A stretch of DNA of 63,421 nt, counting the filler, from Stramenopiles sp. TOSAG23-6 (Eukaryota), in the NCBI GenBank assembly GCA_900128565.1. It is 17 parts of 17 records of this genome, joined end to end, with 100 filler letters (N's around TTAATTAATTAA, not from the genome) between each part and the next. Parts side by side here need not be neighbours in the genome. Positions count along the whole stretch, not along the records: positions 44,902 to 48,529 come from LT637431.1; positions 48,630 to 52,256 come from LT637432.1; positions 52,357 to 55,979 come from LT637433.1; positions 56,080 to 59,700 come from LT637434.1; 13 more parts are not named here. One strand, given 5' to 3'. The notes beneath the pieces were generated by a model that did not search any database, was not told the origin of the DNA, and saw nothing but the letters and a program-made list of their open reading frames with translations. Positions 44,902-58,291 of the stretch are shown piece by piece. Numbering within the stretch: position 1 is the stretch's first letter; each line of letters begins with the position of its first letter. The translations under genes were made by a program, and so were the position numbers.

Positions 44902-46794
44902 ACATGGGGTTTTTGAAGATGAGTCATGGTCATATGACCCAGGAGGACATACTTGCAGTACGTCATATCCTTCATCTATTTTGGAATATTGTACACCAAT
45001 CATACTTTGGGGGCTTTTCCAGAAACATACTTTACGTCCCGCCAAACTATCAGAATCTGAAAAACCAATACAACTATTATGAGTTGTTTTAGAACTACAT
45101 GCATTGTCAAACATCGATGTGCATGCTCCTGATTCTGTGTCATACAAACATCGCGGAACTGAATTAATATTAGAATTGCAAACATTGCTTCCTTGTTTTG
45201 ATAATTTACTGCAGCTGTCTTTATCTAGCGATGAACACTGGCCGTTCACATTGGAGCAAAGCAAATGAACTTGCACGTGAATCAATCTCAAACATGTAGC
45301 ATATACTTTGGTCACATTCATTGCCTCTTTACATGATTCACACATGGCTGTATTTGCAATAGAAGGAGTATCTGGACAGGAAAGCACAATTGCATCGCTA
45401 CACGTTTTAGACAATGTTCCGCCATTAGGCACCACTTCTCCATCACAAGAACACAACAAAAACACAGTTGATGGTTTCCCACAAAGCGCTATAGCTCGAA
45501 GTCTACGAGCTGATGGAAGTGTTCCAGCGTCAGAAGATAGAGGTGCTCTATAAAGAAGATCACCATGGATAAAAGAACCCTCTTTTTCCGACATTTTAAT
45601 TTTACATGATTTGTGACCAACACAACTTGCCGCAATTGACATGGGAATCCAGAGACGCGAGGTCCCTCCCTTGTCAAATATACAACTGTCTTTACTACCA
45701 TACACCATATTAGAACATGTACCTCCTTCTTGAATTACATCTCCTCGACCGTCTTCATAACTAGCCAATAGCATACACTGTATCGTCTCCCCATCTTTAC
45801 AAGCGAGAGAACTTTCTATAATATCAGTAGGCATTGCTACGGGATTCATATCATTAGCTGGCTCAATCATTTTCTTTGGAGATACATCGACGCATGTCAT
45901 TTTTGATGCACGCACCCAATAACCAGTACTGATACCCATTGAAGAGCATGTATAAGGTCGAGTATTATGTGGACAATTATCGACAGTTTCCTCGACAAAT
46001 CCAACAATATTTGAGACATTAGTATCACATTTACCATCACCACATACTGGTTCAGCCCCACCCCCTCCTGGGCCAGGCGAAGGAGGTGTTACGACACCCC
46101 ATGAAAGATGTAATAAACTGCTATAATCCCATTTGGATTGATCTTTGTCGGGAATACAAGAGGTATAAGGAGATTTCGCTAATTCTGGATTGATTTGATC
46201 TACACTACCATTTATACAACCTTTAAAGCAATCAATTGTATACGGATACGTGTCTTGTAGGTGATAATGATAGAACGGATGTTCTTCATCTATATGACCA
46301 CCACATTCATCCAATTGATATTTCCCTGTCCTAGTACGTGCTAAAACACCTGCCACATCACGCCGACCATACAAGGGAATACCATCAAGCATAAATCCCA
46401 CAATGGGTGAATGTTTTGTACTCCCATCTCTATCGGAATAAACACAACTTAAAGACTTTGAGTAAAAATAATTTCCAAAGGCATCAGTCATTCCACCACA
46501 ACTATTCATATACCCTGCAGACGCTAAAATAGAATCAGTACCATCACGAGTAAAACCTGGTCCATATATTCTCACACCATTTATGGCTACACCAATCATC
46601 CCTCCTATACCTGCTTTTCCTCCTGTTATACCTATTATCGATTCATTACCTGGTTGTCGAATGATTGGATTGCGAGGTAGAAAATTTAGAGTAAACCCTC
46701 CAGCCATGGGATTATAGGGAGAACTCTGATCTTTCCAATTGTACCCTGGACACCCATTTGCTGTAATAATTCTCTTTGTCTTAGAGACGACCAT
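44902..46794 (-). CDS. YHYH-domain, Cys-rich extracellular protein, 3' partial
   Basis: IGVAINGV, HSPIVGFMLDGIPLYG, LDECGGH..YHYH..YPYTIDCF.G. Confidence 0.85.
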
Positions 46795-47313
46795 TGTGAC
46801 GTCAGATGAGGCAGTACTAGTACCACAAGGACATATTGGTGAAGAACCATCAGAACAAAGAGTCTCAGATTCAATTCCATTTACCCCACAAAGAGGCTTC
46901 AGTCCATCATAACAGACTGTAAGTGCACCATCTTATGAAGGTTGTCCTTTATTTTATAACAAGAAATTAGATTATATTGGATGGTTCCAGTTTTTTACAC
47001 CATATGCTACATCAACTAAAATAGGTCTGGAGAAATGAAATTGAGCAATCAAACACCTCATTTATATGTTTGCTTATAGTTTCAACAAATACTAACATTA
47101 GGACAGCTTATTTCAGAGTAAATCAAAGTAGTCTCTTACAATCATTTTCCCTATGTTTCAATTTTTTACTCATGCAGTTGATCCAACAAAAAATCAAAAT
47201 CTCAACAGAACAACCAAATATATTAGGAGACATGTTGATAGAGATTTCTTTGCCAAAAACACAATGTTTTTAAGAAGACACTGACTTCAGGTAACCTAAG
47301 ACAATCAAGCATT

Positions 47314-48178
47314 ATGATTCGCTTTCGATCATTTCAAGATATGTATGTTGAGGTCATTTCATACCTAACCAGACATAATCTTTCAAACCACCCTTTGTGG
47401 AGAAATGCATTTTTTATGGCATGCATTGTACACAACAGAAGAGCTTGTGGATTTTCCAAATCTCCAATTATAGTAAATTTTCCACGCAGTGAAGGTGGTG
47501 AAGGTGGTGAAGGTGATGGTGGACATTTGGGGGAGCCTAAAGATGTAACTATGGCAAGTTTTGAGCAGTACTGGGCATTACCACAAAATGTGCATTTGGT
47601 TGATACCCGAATTTTTACAAAGGTTTTGGGCTCTCTGCATGGATATAGATGACAATAAAGCCTGTACTCAAACACTAAATGAAATCAAGGATTTGTATGA
47701 TAATTGGCATGATGATATGATTGCTTCTACGGAGGAACCCTATTGCAAAATTTTATTCGGCCTGGTAATGGGTCATCCTTTTGGTGATCATTTACATACT
47801 GAATCAGTTGCTCAGTCGATGCAAGATAAAACTAAACGAAAAAAAATATATGTCCCGCATCCTGGTTTTGAAGTCGTTCGAGAACATGTTCAAGAACACG
47901 TTCAAGAACACATTCAAGAACGCGTTCAAGAAGGAGAAGTCATTCAAGAAGTAGAAGCAGAAGTAGACGTCGTAGTCGTCGTAGTCGTTGCCGGTGAATA
48001 TGTCAACGCTGAACAATTGCAATATCTACGCCGCATATGTAATGACAACAAAATGCCAGATGTAGGTGAACATGTATATGTCTACTGGCCTCAACATGTA
48101 GCAAAACATGTTAACAATGGTATCGACATCTCGTTTCCAGAGGGGTTTTACCAAGCAACTGTTGAATTCCATGCATAA
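47314..48178 (+). CDS. Hypothetical protein in two overlapping ORFs (possible pseudogene)
   Basis: ORFs 47314-47652 and 47561-48178 in different frames; C-terminal VGEHVYVYWP..FYQATV is Tudor-like. Confidence 0.35.
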
Positions 48179-48629
48179 CTGTAATTGTTAAATACAAACA
48201 ACTGTACAAGAATTGGCGCCATGAAATAATCAACAAGATGGATTTGTAGTAAGTAAATTAGACAAAAGTTTTAAAAATGTTGTACAAAAAGCAAACAAAT
48301 TAGGCAAGGATAATAAAAATTGGGAATATATTCAACTGACGAAAATTTGATAAACTGCAACAAATTAGATACAAATAAAACAACACTGTTGAGAAAAGAA
48401 TTTTCGGAGAATCTTTTAACTGAAAAAGTTGCAAATAAAAAAATTCTACTAAAATAAAAGGAAAAAAAATATGCAAAAAAAATCATGACAGATTAAAACT
48501 CTTGTCACACTTGCAACTGCAGCAAAAAGNNNNNNNNNNNNNNNNNNNNNNNNNNNNNNNNNNNNNNNNNNNNTTAATTAATTAANNNNNNNNNNNNNNN
48601 NNNNNNNNNNNNNNNNNNNNNNNNNNNNN

Positions 48630-50810
48630 AATGTCGGTGATAATGGACGGGAAAGTAATTCTTCTCTGAACTTTAACTCTAAATTATGAGAACTTTCAAT
48701 AGTTCTGTTTGTATTTTTTATAAACTCTTCCTGTAATTTTAGAAATACATCATCCTCATTTTTATTTGAATCGTCGACGCTTTCAATTGGTAACAACGGT
48801 AAACTTTTTCGAGCAGATTTCCAAGAGTTAATGATATCATTGTATATATCATCCAAATTCATTTTTTCAAGAACTGTCTTGCGGGTAATTTTTGATGTTA
48901 ATCCTAACGACACCTCTTCAAACTTTTCGAATAGTTTTACATCAGGTTTTGTTAGTTTTCCTGCGATATGAAGTTCAGGGAAATTATTCATATTAAGTTC
49001 TACAAATTGGGATATTGTGAATGGTGGAATAAATTTTTTATCATATCCTTTATCCCATTCGTAATCTTTACCGCTAATTAAATGAGACCCAGGAAATTGA
49101 ACATGAGGGTAGTGTTGAATTTCATTATACCACCATGAGTATGTCATCATCGGCTGATGTAGGATTGTCAAGTCTGTTCTAAATCCTTCACAAAGTGTCA
49201 AGTAGCGGAGAACTGTCCATTGTAAGTCGTAAGTAGTTATTAGAAGGGAACCCTGAGGAATATGCGAAACAAGAGCTTTTCCATATTCTTCAATATAATG
49301 AGCATTGCTCATATCTTGCTCTGGGTACCAGTAGTCTGTTTGGTATTTAATCATGTATGCACCGACTCCAGCAATGATGAAGAGATAGAAGTACCAAATT
49401 TTGATTTTCAAAGATTCCTTCGATATCCATGAAGATAAGCTAAATTTGCACAGAATATATTCAATTCTACAAACGTCAAAAAGTACATGAAGCCAAGCTG
49501 AAGCTCCGACCCCAAATGTAATGAAGATAATAACATTTGGTTGCATCCAAAATCTCATATGAACGCCAAACAACAACCCTTGGGACAGTGGGATATTAGA
49601 TAATGTATGGAAAATTATCAAGTAAAATGCCCAGGTGAATAATAGAATTTGTCCAATGGAATTTTGTGCTTTTGATAATTGTTTTTTTTGGGTGCTTTTA
49701 GATTCCCCTTTACGACCCCTGTCACGTAGTAATGTTTTTATTGAAGTGATTCTTTTTGAAACTACTTTTTTCCTATTAATATATGGACTATGAGGGATTT
49801 CTCCCATACCAAACTGCCACATAACCTTGAAACCTACAAAGATAAAAGGAATACACAATGGTGAAGGCAACTCTCGTGTAAATAGATCAGAGAAATAATT
49901 AAATAACCTCTCCATTAAACCTGCGACCTTTTCATTTGCACGATTTCCAGAATATAACTGAAGCGTTCCATAATCAGCACGGCGGAAATGATGGAAAAAA
50001 CCACACGTATTGAGAAAAAATATTTTTTTTGTAAAATTTGTTAGGTACGAAATTTCGTAGGAAAAAAAATAAATTCGAAATTCATAATGAAAACGTACTT
50101 ATTGTTCCCGTATTTCCCCAACTAGATGGATTAGGAAAATATTTTTCAGCGACTATTAGATATAAGTATGGAGTTAAACCAAGAAGATAGTAACCAGCTA
50201 GTCGCCAAAACAAAGCTTTAGTAAGTACCCGTTGATGAAACAAAATCCAAAGAAACCAGGAAATTAAAGGTATCTGAAACAGTACTGTTGTATGTTGGTT
50301 ACACATTGCCAAACCACAACAAAATGAACCAAAAATAGCAACATTCGGATCATTTTTCTTTGAAAATAAACATGTAAGATAGACAATCAAGGCTGCAAAA
50401 AAATTATTCATTGCAAACACTTCACTTGATATTGCGTACAACCAGACAAGTGGGGATATTGAATAGAGAATACCAGCCAGGGCGGCGACGACAATATTAC
50501 CTCGTCTTGTATCACGGGTTAATAAATCAACACTTAGGAATACAAAAACACCAGCTAATGAGGCAAAACAACATGACATCATATTTGATCGCCACGCTGG
50601 AGTACCACCTAACCATTCCATTCGCTTTGTAGCTATGTTGGATAACAATATAAATAGTGGATATCCTGGAGGATGAGCAACACCAAGGCTACATGACTCT
50701 GCAACTAATTCACCACTATCACCTCCAGCAACAGTCGGATACACTGTCTGTATGTATATTGACATTGGTATTGCAAACACAAGTGCAGAAACTGTTAGTA
50801 AAAGCATCAT
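48630..50810 (-). CDS. TMEM260: TMEM260/DUF2723 protein O-mannosyltransferase-like, 3' partial (exons 50810-50099, 50004-48630)
   Basis: GGDSGEL..GVAHPPGYPLF, EVFAMNN, CNQHT, spliced WGNTGTI|SGFFHHFRRADYGTLQL, RFWMQ. Confidence 0.92.
50005..50098 (-). other. Family intron GT...GT (94 nt)
   Basis: ATAA|GTACGT...CTCAATACGT|GT; restores the WG(x6)GF spacing of TMEM260. Confidence 0.85.
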
Positions 50811-51047
50811 AGATGCTTTTCCCGGTTTCGCTTGATCTTTCCTTTTTGAAAAGCTAAAGAGAGAGAGAAGAAGTCGCTGCTGTTGCTTGTTCCTAAAGAT
50901 TTTTTGAACGATTTTGAATTTTGAGATTTATTTCGTGTTTTTTGAAGTTTGAAACTCGAACTGAACTCGCTCCTTCAGCTCTTATTTTATTTTTAAAACT
51001 TTTTTTATCTCCTCGATCTTTCGCTTTCGAGTGAGTGAGTGTGACTA

Positions 51048-52256
51048 TGATATCTTTTTCTATTCTCCTCGGTATAGTTGCAATCGCTACCGTGTGCATT
51101 ATTTACGATCAATCTGAAAAAAATCAACATCGTCGTTTGGATATATCGTTAAATTCGGAATTGCGTCACCGACGTCTAGTTTCTTCAGTAGATGGTGACG
51201 CGTATGTATCTATGGATAGTGTTGGCTCTTGGGGAGGAAAGTGTACTTGCCCTAGTGGAGAAGTATTTGCAGTAGGAGATTTGAAACAATCGTGCAAAAA
51301 TCTTGCATGCTTTGGCGGAACAACAACAACTCCAAAGTGTGACCCGGATAAGAAAACATCAGGAAATTGGAGTAAAAAGAGTGTTCACTGTGGTGGATCT
51401 CTTCACCTACAATATCTTCAGGATTCAGCTTTAACTATGAAAGATGCAGCGAGTGCAAGCTCTAGTAGCATCGACGTGATATATGATAATATGGAAGGCG
51501 CGGGAGGATATGGTGGAACTTGTCTTTGCCCTTCAGGAAAAGCTTACTTCGCTGGTGATGCAAATGGCAGCTCTTGCAAAGACATAATGTGCTTTGGTGG
51601 TGTTATGACAAGCTGTCAAAAATTTGAAAATACCTTATGGAAGAATAAAGGTGTTGCATGTAGCGCAATGATCAGTGGTACCGTGGGTGAAGCTGTAAAG
51701 AAACACGAATCTGCAAAAAAAATACTTAAAGCAGCACAAGTTGAATTTACAGAGGCAAGTGGAGGAACTACACAATGTGCTCAAGAAATCAGGGGCTATG
51801 ACGATTGTATCTGTAAAGGTGGACAAATTAGGATGGGATATTCACATCGTTGGACTCACTGGATAAGAAGCGATCGAATGACATGCAACTTTGAAAATTG
51901 GCGAAAAGATCCTTATCAAGGTAAAGCAAAAATCTGTCAATGTAAAATAGAACCAAAAGATGAAAAAACTATAGAAAACGCGAAGGATGCTTTAGTTACA
52001 GCAACGACAAATGAAAATGACACGAAAATTGTAAGAGAAAAAATGGTAAAAGATGATAAAGAGAAAAAGTCGCTGTTTAAGATAGCACTGGAAACTTCAC
52101 CTAATAATTATAAAGAAGCTTACAATGATTTGTTGGCAGCTAAAGCAATAGCTGATGCAAAAGCTGAAGCAGATGCAAAAGCAAAAGCTGAAGCAGATGC
52201 TAAAGCAAAAGCTGAAGCAGATGCTAAAGCAAAAGCTGAAGCAGATGCTAAAGCAA
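51048..52256 (+). CDS. Membrane-anchored or secreted Cys-rich protein with AKAEADAK repeats, 3' partial
   Basis: N-terminal hydrophobic segment, two GG.C.CPSG..F..GD..SCK...CFGG repeats, 24-nt tandem repeat at the end. Confidence 0.65.
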
Positions 52257-52356
52257 NNNNNNNNNNNNNNNNNNNNNNNNNNNNNNNNNNNNNNNNNNNN
52301 TTAATTAATTAANNNNNNNNNNNNNNNNNNNNNNNNNNNNNNNNNNNNNNNNNNNN

Positions 52357-52514
52357 ACACCAACCATCCAAGGTCGGTGCTCATCATTTGATACAGCTCT
52401 CCCTGAGAGTCTATCTCGGAGACATAGATAGCTTGTAATCACAATAGCAGGACCTAACCCGCTAAGCACTTTTTGCATGACCTCTTCTTCATATTTTGTT
52501 TGTTTTGTGGCCAT
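52357..52514 (-). CDS. 5' fragment of a second copy of the CPW-ankyrin gene
   Basis: EEEVMQKVLSGLGPAIVITSYLCL..PWMVG is nearly identical to the start of 54452-55303. Confidence 0.75.
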
Positions 52515-53136
52515 TTTGTGTTTGTAATCAAGCAATTGAGCAATTGAGACAGTACTCTTTGTCGTGGTGTCTTTCCTTTTCTTACTAGAAAAATAAATTT
52601 ATTCAACAAGCAATTAAAAGTAAATCCGCGCGAGGACTAACCTGGTATCATTTACCGAGTTGTTCCTCGGACGAGTTGTTTGACATCATCGGCCATCACG
52701 AAGTTGGCCACCCTTCTCGTGACGTCATCTCGATGATTTGGATAAAACATTTTTTTTTGTTTCGGTCCTTAACTACAGAATTTGATACAAAAAAAAACTA
52801 ACACCAAAACTAACTTTCACTCTGGAGGTGCATCATAATGATCAAAAACATATTTTGCGTATATATACATGCTCATTGATATCTTTATTCAAGTGTATCA
52901 AGTCCATGATGAAAATAAAAAAGTCATTCGAAGTTTGTTTGAGGCACTCTTTTTCTCTTGCAGATTGAAGAAAAATTCACTTAGGTACGGAATTTGGTAC
53001 AAAAAAAAATCGAATTTTTCGGCCATGAAGAATAAAAAAAAACGACAAGAAAAAAATAAATTGTCTATTGAGAATAACATTTAACAATGTATGAATTTAT
53101 AAAAAAATAGTATGTATGAGTTTATAAAAAACATAT

Positions 53137-54003
53137 TCATGAATTTTTGTAAAAATAACGTCCAAACCTCCTCCTTCTTTTTGAACTTCCATATGTACTT
53201 GTTCTTGAAATATCATGTTTTTTTGTACTCTTACTAACAAAACGACCTTTACTGTCATGAAGAAGATTTGGTCTAACTTTACAGTCAGTAACATTGAGGT
53301 TTTCATCAGCAGATTCTCCCATAGTATTATAATTAGTTGAGTATGACATTAAAATGGGTGTTCCATCTTTAATGTTACAATTTGCTTTGCAACAAACATA
53401 CCAATGAGTATCTGTAATTCTTAAAAATCGTAAACCTAGGCCTTTTGATAAAGACGCGTTATTCTTGTTTGAAATATTTTTCGCACAATTCATCAAATAA
53501 CCGCTAGACCTTTTTGGGCAGTATACAAATGCATACCTAGTATCTCCTGCAGGCTGTAAGACACATGCATTTTTACAGCTCATGTAGCCATGAACTTTTG
53601 ACCAATTTCTTGCAAAATCTTTAACATTCTTTGGTTGGCCTTTTTTAAGAAAAAAAATAGCAACCACAAACATCCACCCAACACTGTCACCCTTTTTAAT
53701 GTCACCATATGCCTCTAGTCCTCTATTTAAATCAATACCATTCAAGGTTTGAGCGACTAGGCGTGTCGTAGGGTTTCTGCTATAGTCAACAGAATTATTT
53801 TCCAGTGTGGCCCCAATTAACCCAAAACTTTTGAATTGAAAGCTTTCTCGTTCCCTTCTTGTTACAGGGTCCAAAGTAGCACAATAAAATACATCACCAT
53901 TTTCCATTGTTTGCTCTGCCACTGTGCATTTATGGTTTTTTTTAACTTTTTCTTGAAACCATTGGAATGTTCTCATACTAGAGTAGCAAGACAAGAAGCA
54001 CAA
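53137..54003 (-). CDS. Divergent SET-domain-like protein
   Basis: RGLEAYGDIKKGD, GYLMNC..NNA and A..NIKDGTPILMSY..NY correspond to SET motifs. Confidence 0.6.
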   Translation of the reverse strand: MCFLSCYSSMRTFQWFQEKVKKNHKCTVAEQTMENGDVFYCATLDPVTRRERESFQFKSFGLIGATLENNSVDYSRNPTTRLVAQTLNGIDLNRGLEAYGDIKKGDSVGWMFVVAIFFLKKGQPKNVKDFARNWSKVHGYMSCKNACVLQPAGDTRYAFVYCPKRSSGYLMNCAKNISNKNNASLSKGLGLRFLRITDTHWYVCCKANCNIKDGTPILMSYSTNYNTMGESADENLNVTDCKVRPNLLHDSKGRFVSKSTKKHDISRTSTYGSSKRRRRFGRYFYKNS

Positions 54004-54227
54004 TACTATAGGCTACAGTACATAACACCAACAACTTTTGTTTGTTTCGAGAGACAACGTTCATTGATGACACGTGGATGTCGATGTCAACATGGTACCC
54101 GGTACTAAAAATTAATCTTTATTGCGCGTGATATTGATTTTTTTTTGTCTTTTGTAATATTGTATTGCTGAATATATGAAAATTAATGTCTATATATACC
54201 TTACATTTTGATCCAGAATCAGCGCCG

Positions 54228-54311
54228 GCAGTTGTACCAAAGCCTGGTTAATGGGTCAGACTTGAAATCTGATGGGCTATGCCCTCGCAGGTTCGAATCC
54301 TGTCAACTGCG
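54228..54311 (+). tRNA. tRNA-Ser(TGA)
   Basis: GCAGTTG/CAACTGC acceptor, TCAGA-CTTGAAA-TCTGA anticodon arm, long variable arm, GGTTCGAATCC. Confidence 0.95.
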
Positions 54312-54451
54312 AAATTTTTTTTTTGAATGAATTTTGTATAAAAAAAAAATTCTAAGAAAACAGTGATATTTGTATATAAATTTTGTACTTCAACCCCGAA
54401 AAAAATCATTTCTTAAATATCCATTTTTATTAGCAAATTAAATTAAACTTT

Positions 54452-55303
54452 CTACAAATGTACCTTCATCCATTTAATCACTTCTATGTGGCCCCCTTCA
54501 ACTGTCATTTTATATATATATTTTTTCCATGGACAAGGTGGATTTTGACTTCTTACCCATTTCAATACCTCTAGATGACCATTTTTTGCTGCCCAACCAC
54601 ACGTGTATTCATTCCATGGACAAGGTGGATTTTGACTTCTTAACCATTTCAATACTTCCAACTGACCATTTCCAGCTGCCNCTTCACATGTATTTTCATT
54701 CCATCGGCATGGAAGATTTTGACTTCTTATCCATTTCAATACCTCTAGATGACCATTTTCAGCTGCTCTATTACACATGAAACGATCCAATGGACACGGT
54801 GGATTTTGACTTCTTAACCACTTTAATACTTTTAATTGACCATATTTAGCTGCCTGTGAACACGTATCTTCATCCCACGGACAAGGTGGATTTTGATTTC
54901 TTACCCATTTCAATATTTCCAAGTGACCATACGCAGCCGAAATTGAACTCGTGTGTACATCCCATGGGCAAGGTGGATTTTGATTTCTCATCCATTGTAA
55001 CACTTCCAATTTACCATGAGCGGCAACTACCTCACACGTTTCTTCATCCCAAGGACAAGGTGGCTTTTGGCTTCTTAGCCATTTAAAAAATTGCACGTCA
55101 GCGTGCTTCACTGTTGCAGTACACGTCACACCACCCCAATCAACACCAACCATCCAAGGTCGTTGCTCATCATTTGATACAGCTCTCCCTGAGAGTCTAT
55201 CTTTCAAGCAAAGATAGCTGGTGATTACAATAGCAGGACCTAACCCGCTAAGCACTTTTTGCATGACCTCTTCTTCATGTTTCGTGCGTTTGCGTGCATT
55301 CAT
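54452..55303 (-). CDS. Ankyrin-like repeat protein (27-aa AA..GHLEVLKW.RSQNPPCPW repeats)
   Basis: About seven to eight tandem 81-bp repeats. Confidence 0.9.
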   Translation of the reverse strand: MNARKRTKHEEEVMQKVLSGLGPAIVITSYLCLKDRLSGRAVSNDEQRPWMVGVDWGGVTCTATVKHADVQFFKWLRSQKPPCPWDEETCEVVAAHGKLEVLQWMRNQNPPCPWDVHTSSISAAYGHLEILKWVRNQNPPCPWDEDTCSQAAKYGQLKVLKWLRSQNPPCPLDRFMCNRAAENGHLEVLKWIRSQNLPCRWNENTCEXAAGNGQLEVLKWLRSQNPPCPWNEYTCGWAAKNGHLEVLKWVRSQNPPCPWKKYIYKMTVEGGHIEVIKWMKVHL

Positions 55304-55561
55304 TTTAATTCAAGAATACCAAGTGGTACAACCCCGCAAGCAAGAATCGGGCTAGACGTATTGCACGTGTTTCATGTTTCATTTTTCAAGACGTTTTTTT
55401 TCGTTAAATTTTTTTTGATTTTTTTTTGATTGATTTTTTTTGACCGATGAGATTTGATTTGAATGGTCAAAAAACTCAAAAATTTTTGCCATCTTGAACG
55501 TACCAGCTGGTATATTTGAAACAAATACTAAATCTAGTCTTGCTTTGCTTGCTTCCTAAGA

Positions 55562-55979
55562 ATGAAAACTAACCAAAATGCTACGTGTAAAGACAACAAC
55601 CTGCTTACAAAGGCAGCGAGTGTCGTTTCGAATTCACAATCGAATGATTGTACTCATGAAACAAAGCCAAACGGTCTGAACGAGTCAAATGTTTCTAACT
55701 CTATATCTACGAAATCTACCGAAGTGTTTTCTCCAAACCAAAACGTGAATGACTCAATGACAACTATTGTTTCAACAGATAAACCAAGACGTACTTGTAA
55801 CCAAACATCTAATCCAACATTGGCCAAAGATTGGTCCGAAGTTGCGAAAGATTGGTGCGAAGTTGCGAAACAACCTAAACGAATGACCCCCAAAAAGTCG
55901 AAAGAGAGCAAATCTCGATCTACCAACACTAGTGCGAAAAACAAGGTAAAGAAATCTCCAGCCAATGGGAGACCTTTGG
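55562..55979 (+). CDS. Hypothetical S/T/N-rich protein, 3' partial
   Basis: ATG-initiated ORF open to the contig end. Confidence 0.4.
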
Positions 55980-56079
55980 NNNNNNNNNNNNNNNNNNNNN
56001 NNNNNNNNNNNNNNNNNNNNNNNTTAATTAATTAANNNNNNNNNNNNNNNNNNNNNNNNNNNNNNNNNNNNNNNNNNNN

Positions 56080-56925
56080 GATTTTGTTTTGTTGATTTTG
56101 TTGTCTCATTTGATTTTTATTTTGTTGATTTTGTTGATTTAGTTTATTTTGGTTCTGTTGTCTCATTTGATCAATTTTTTCCATCTTTGTTTTAATCACT
56201 TGTTTTGTCGATGCCAAATCAAATTGAATAGAGTCATATTTTTGTTTTTCATTAGCATACTCAGTTTGTATTGTTCGTGCAGCATTTATTTCAAATTCAA
56301 TTTGTTTTTTTAATGTTTTATTAATCTGTATTTTTCTACAATTCAGTTCTGATATAGCTTCAGATTGTTTAAATCGTCTAAAAATCGTTTCTGGTAAAGT
56401 TGTCAGTGATATATCTGGCACGTTGAAATGACTAGAAGTAGGGTTAGGGTCAATGAAATTATCTTTTTGTTTTTGTTTTGATAAACGTTGTTCCGTTTCA
56501 GCTAATTGAATTGAAAGTGTTTGGATAACATTTTTTTTATCTTCTATTATATTCTTTGCTGCTACCAATTCTTTATTTAAAAGATACATTGATATTGCTT
56601 GCTCTTTGTTGGATACTGGAGTACTACAACGACTTTCATTCGTTTTTGAGCTTTTTTCACTCGTTTTTGAGTTTTTTTCATTCGTTTTTGAGCTTCTTGG
56701 TGGAGGCGACATGAAGGACGTGGAGGTGATATTATTTAATTGACGTAAACGAGACGCTACATGTAACCCAGGAGTATCCATTGTTTTGCAATTTTGTGTA
56801 TAGGCGCGAGAAGCAACGTGTAATCGTGGAGTTTTCATAATACTGTCCCTAGCGACTGCTGATCGAAGGCGAGCATCTCTTCTTTGCTTTGTACGTTCTA
56901 AAGGTGACTGTCTGAAACAAGACAT
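56080..56925 (-). CDS. Coiled-coil hypothetical protein, 3' partial
   Basis: ORF open to the contig end; heptad-like and Q/N-rich repeats. Confidence 0.5.
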
Positions 56926-57254
56926 TANTAAAAATATCTATTCAAAAGTGATCAAACATACACACTATTGATTCTATAGTAGACACTTGATAGTATATAG
57001 GATCAATTGTAGTCCTAACAATCTAAATCTACGCAAAAGATTATCCTTGAATCTACGTTTATTTATTTTATATTATTACTTTTTCGAGGAGGAGCGCCAA
57101 ATTTAATTGCGAATGATCGATGTCAAATTAAGTTTTAAAAATTCCGTACCAAATTTCGTACCTAACGAATTTGTGATGGAATTTCTATCAGCAAAAAGTT
57201 CCAAATTTCCTAACCCTAGAACGAACGCGAATTCTAATATATAACTTATCAAAT

Positions 57255-57746
57255 CTATTTGTTGTGTCTTGGTAATAGAACATTTTTGGTTAAAATTTTA
57301 TCATACGCCACAAGTAAGAAAGCACCAAGTGGGATTCGAAGTCCGACTGTTAATGCTAAATTTCTTAGACTACCTCCAGCGACCATATTTCTCTTTGCTT
57401 CATCAAAAGGAGCCTCCACCGCAGAAGCAATGAATGTACTCGCACAAGCCCAAATACATTGTGACTTAAAATTCTTATAATCACGATAACTAAAGTAAAT
57501 TCCTAAATAAAACGCAGAAAATGGTATAGATGAAAGAGCAAAATGTGTAGATCCTGGACGTACTGTAGCCATTCTAACAAAGTCAAAAGGGTACAATGCC
57601 AATGCAGAAATGGCACCTGAAAATGCGCCTGTGGCGAAGCCTTGTACGGGCTGAATGCGACACTGAGACGCTTTCTTTGAATCATAGAGATAATACGTTG
57701 TACATCCATGTACAACAAATGATAAAAGATAATCCAAACAAAACAT
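57255..57746 (-). CDS. Short mitochondrial carrier-like protein (start uncertain)
   Basis: GAFSGA..YPFDFVRM and EAPFDEAKR match the Px[DE]xx[KR] signature. Confidence 0.65.
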   Translation of the reverse strand: MFCLDYLLSFVVHGCTTYYLYDSKKASQCRIQPVQGFATGAFSGAISALALYPFDFVRMATVRPGSTHFALSSIPFSAFYLGIYFSYRDYKNFKSQCIWACASTFIASAVEAPFDEAKRNMVAGGSLRNLALTVGLRIPLGAFLLVAYDKILTKNVLLPRHNK

Positions 57747-58291
57747 TGTCCCTTTATTTAATCCCTTTATTTAATCATGTGGAAACCGGCAAATATAGGG
57801 AAATCATTTTTTCAATCGTGAAATTGTAATTTTGAATAATTAAAATGATGTCAACAGCTGTCAAAAAAAATGCGCGCGACATGACACATCAAAAAAAAAA
57901 TCATTCGTTATTATATTTGCGGTACCGCTTTGCAATACAGTATATTTGAATACGGTATTATTATTATTATACCCTTTTCTTTTTGAATACTGGTGTACAG
58001 TCATCACAACATATTGTGTGTGTTTTTCATTCAAATCTTAATAAAAAGTATGTTCAATATATCTTGTCAGTCATAAGTTATATAAAAATACTATAGGTAG
58101 TACTATTTTTATTATACTGTCATAGTCATTGTAAATAAAGATTTATATGTGTATACTAAAAAGTATCAAATAGTATACACAAAGCTATACATTGCATCAA
58201 AGATAAATGATTTCTTTGAAACATATACACAAATATTGTATTTGAAACATACACTCACATGTGAATTATCAACTTTTTATTACAATACTAC

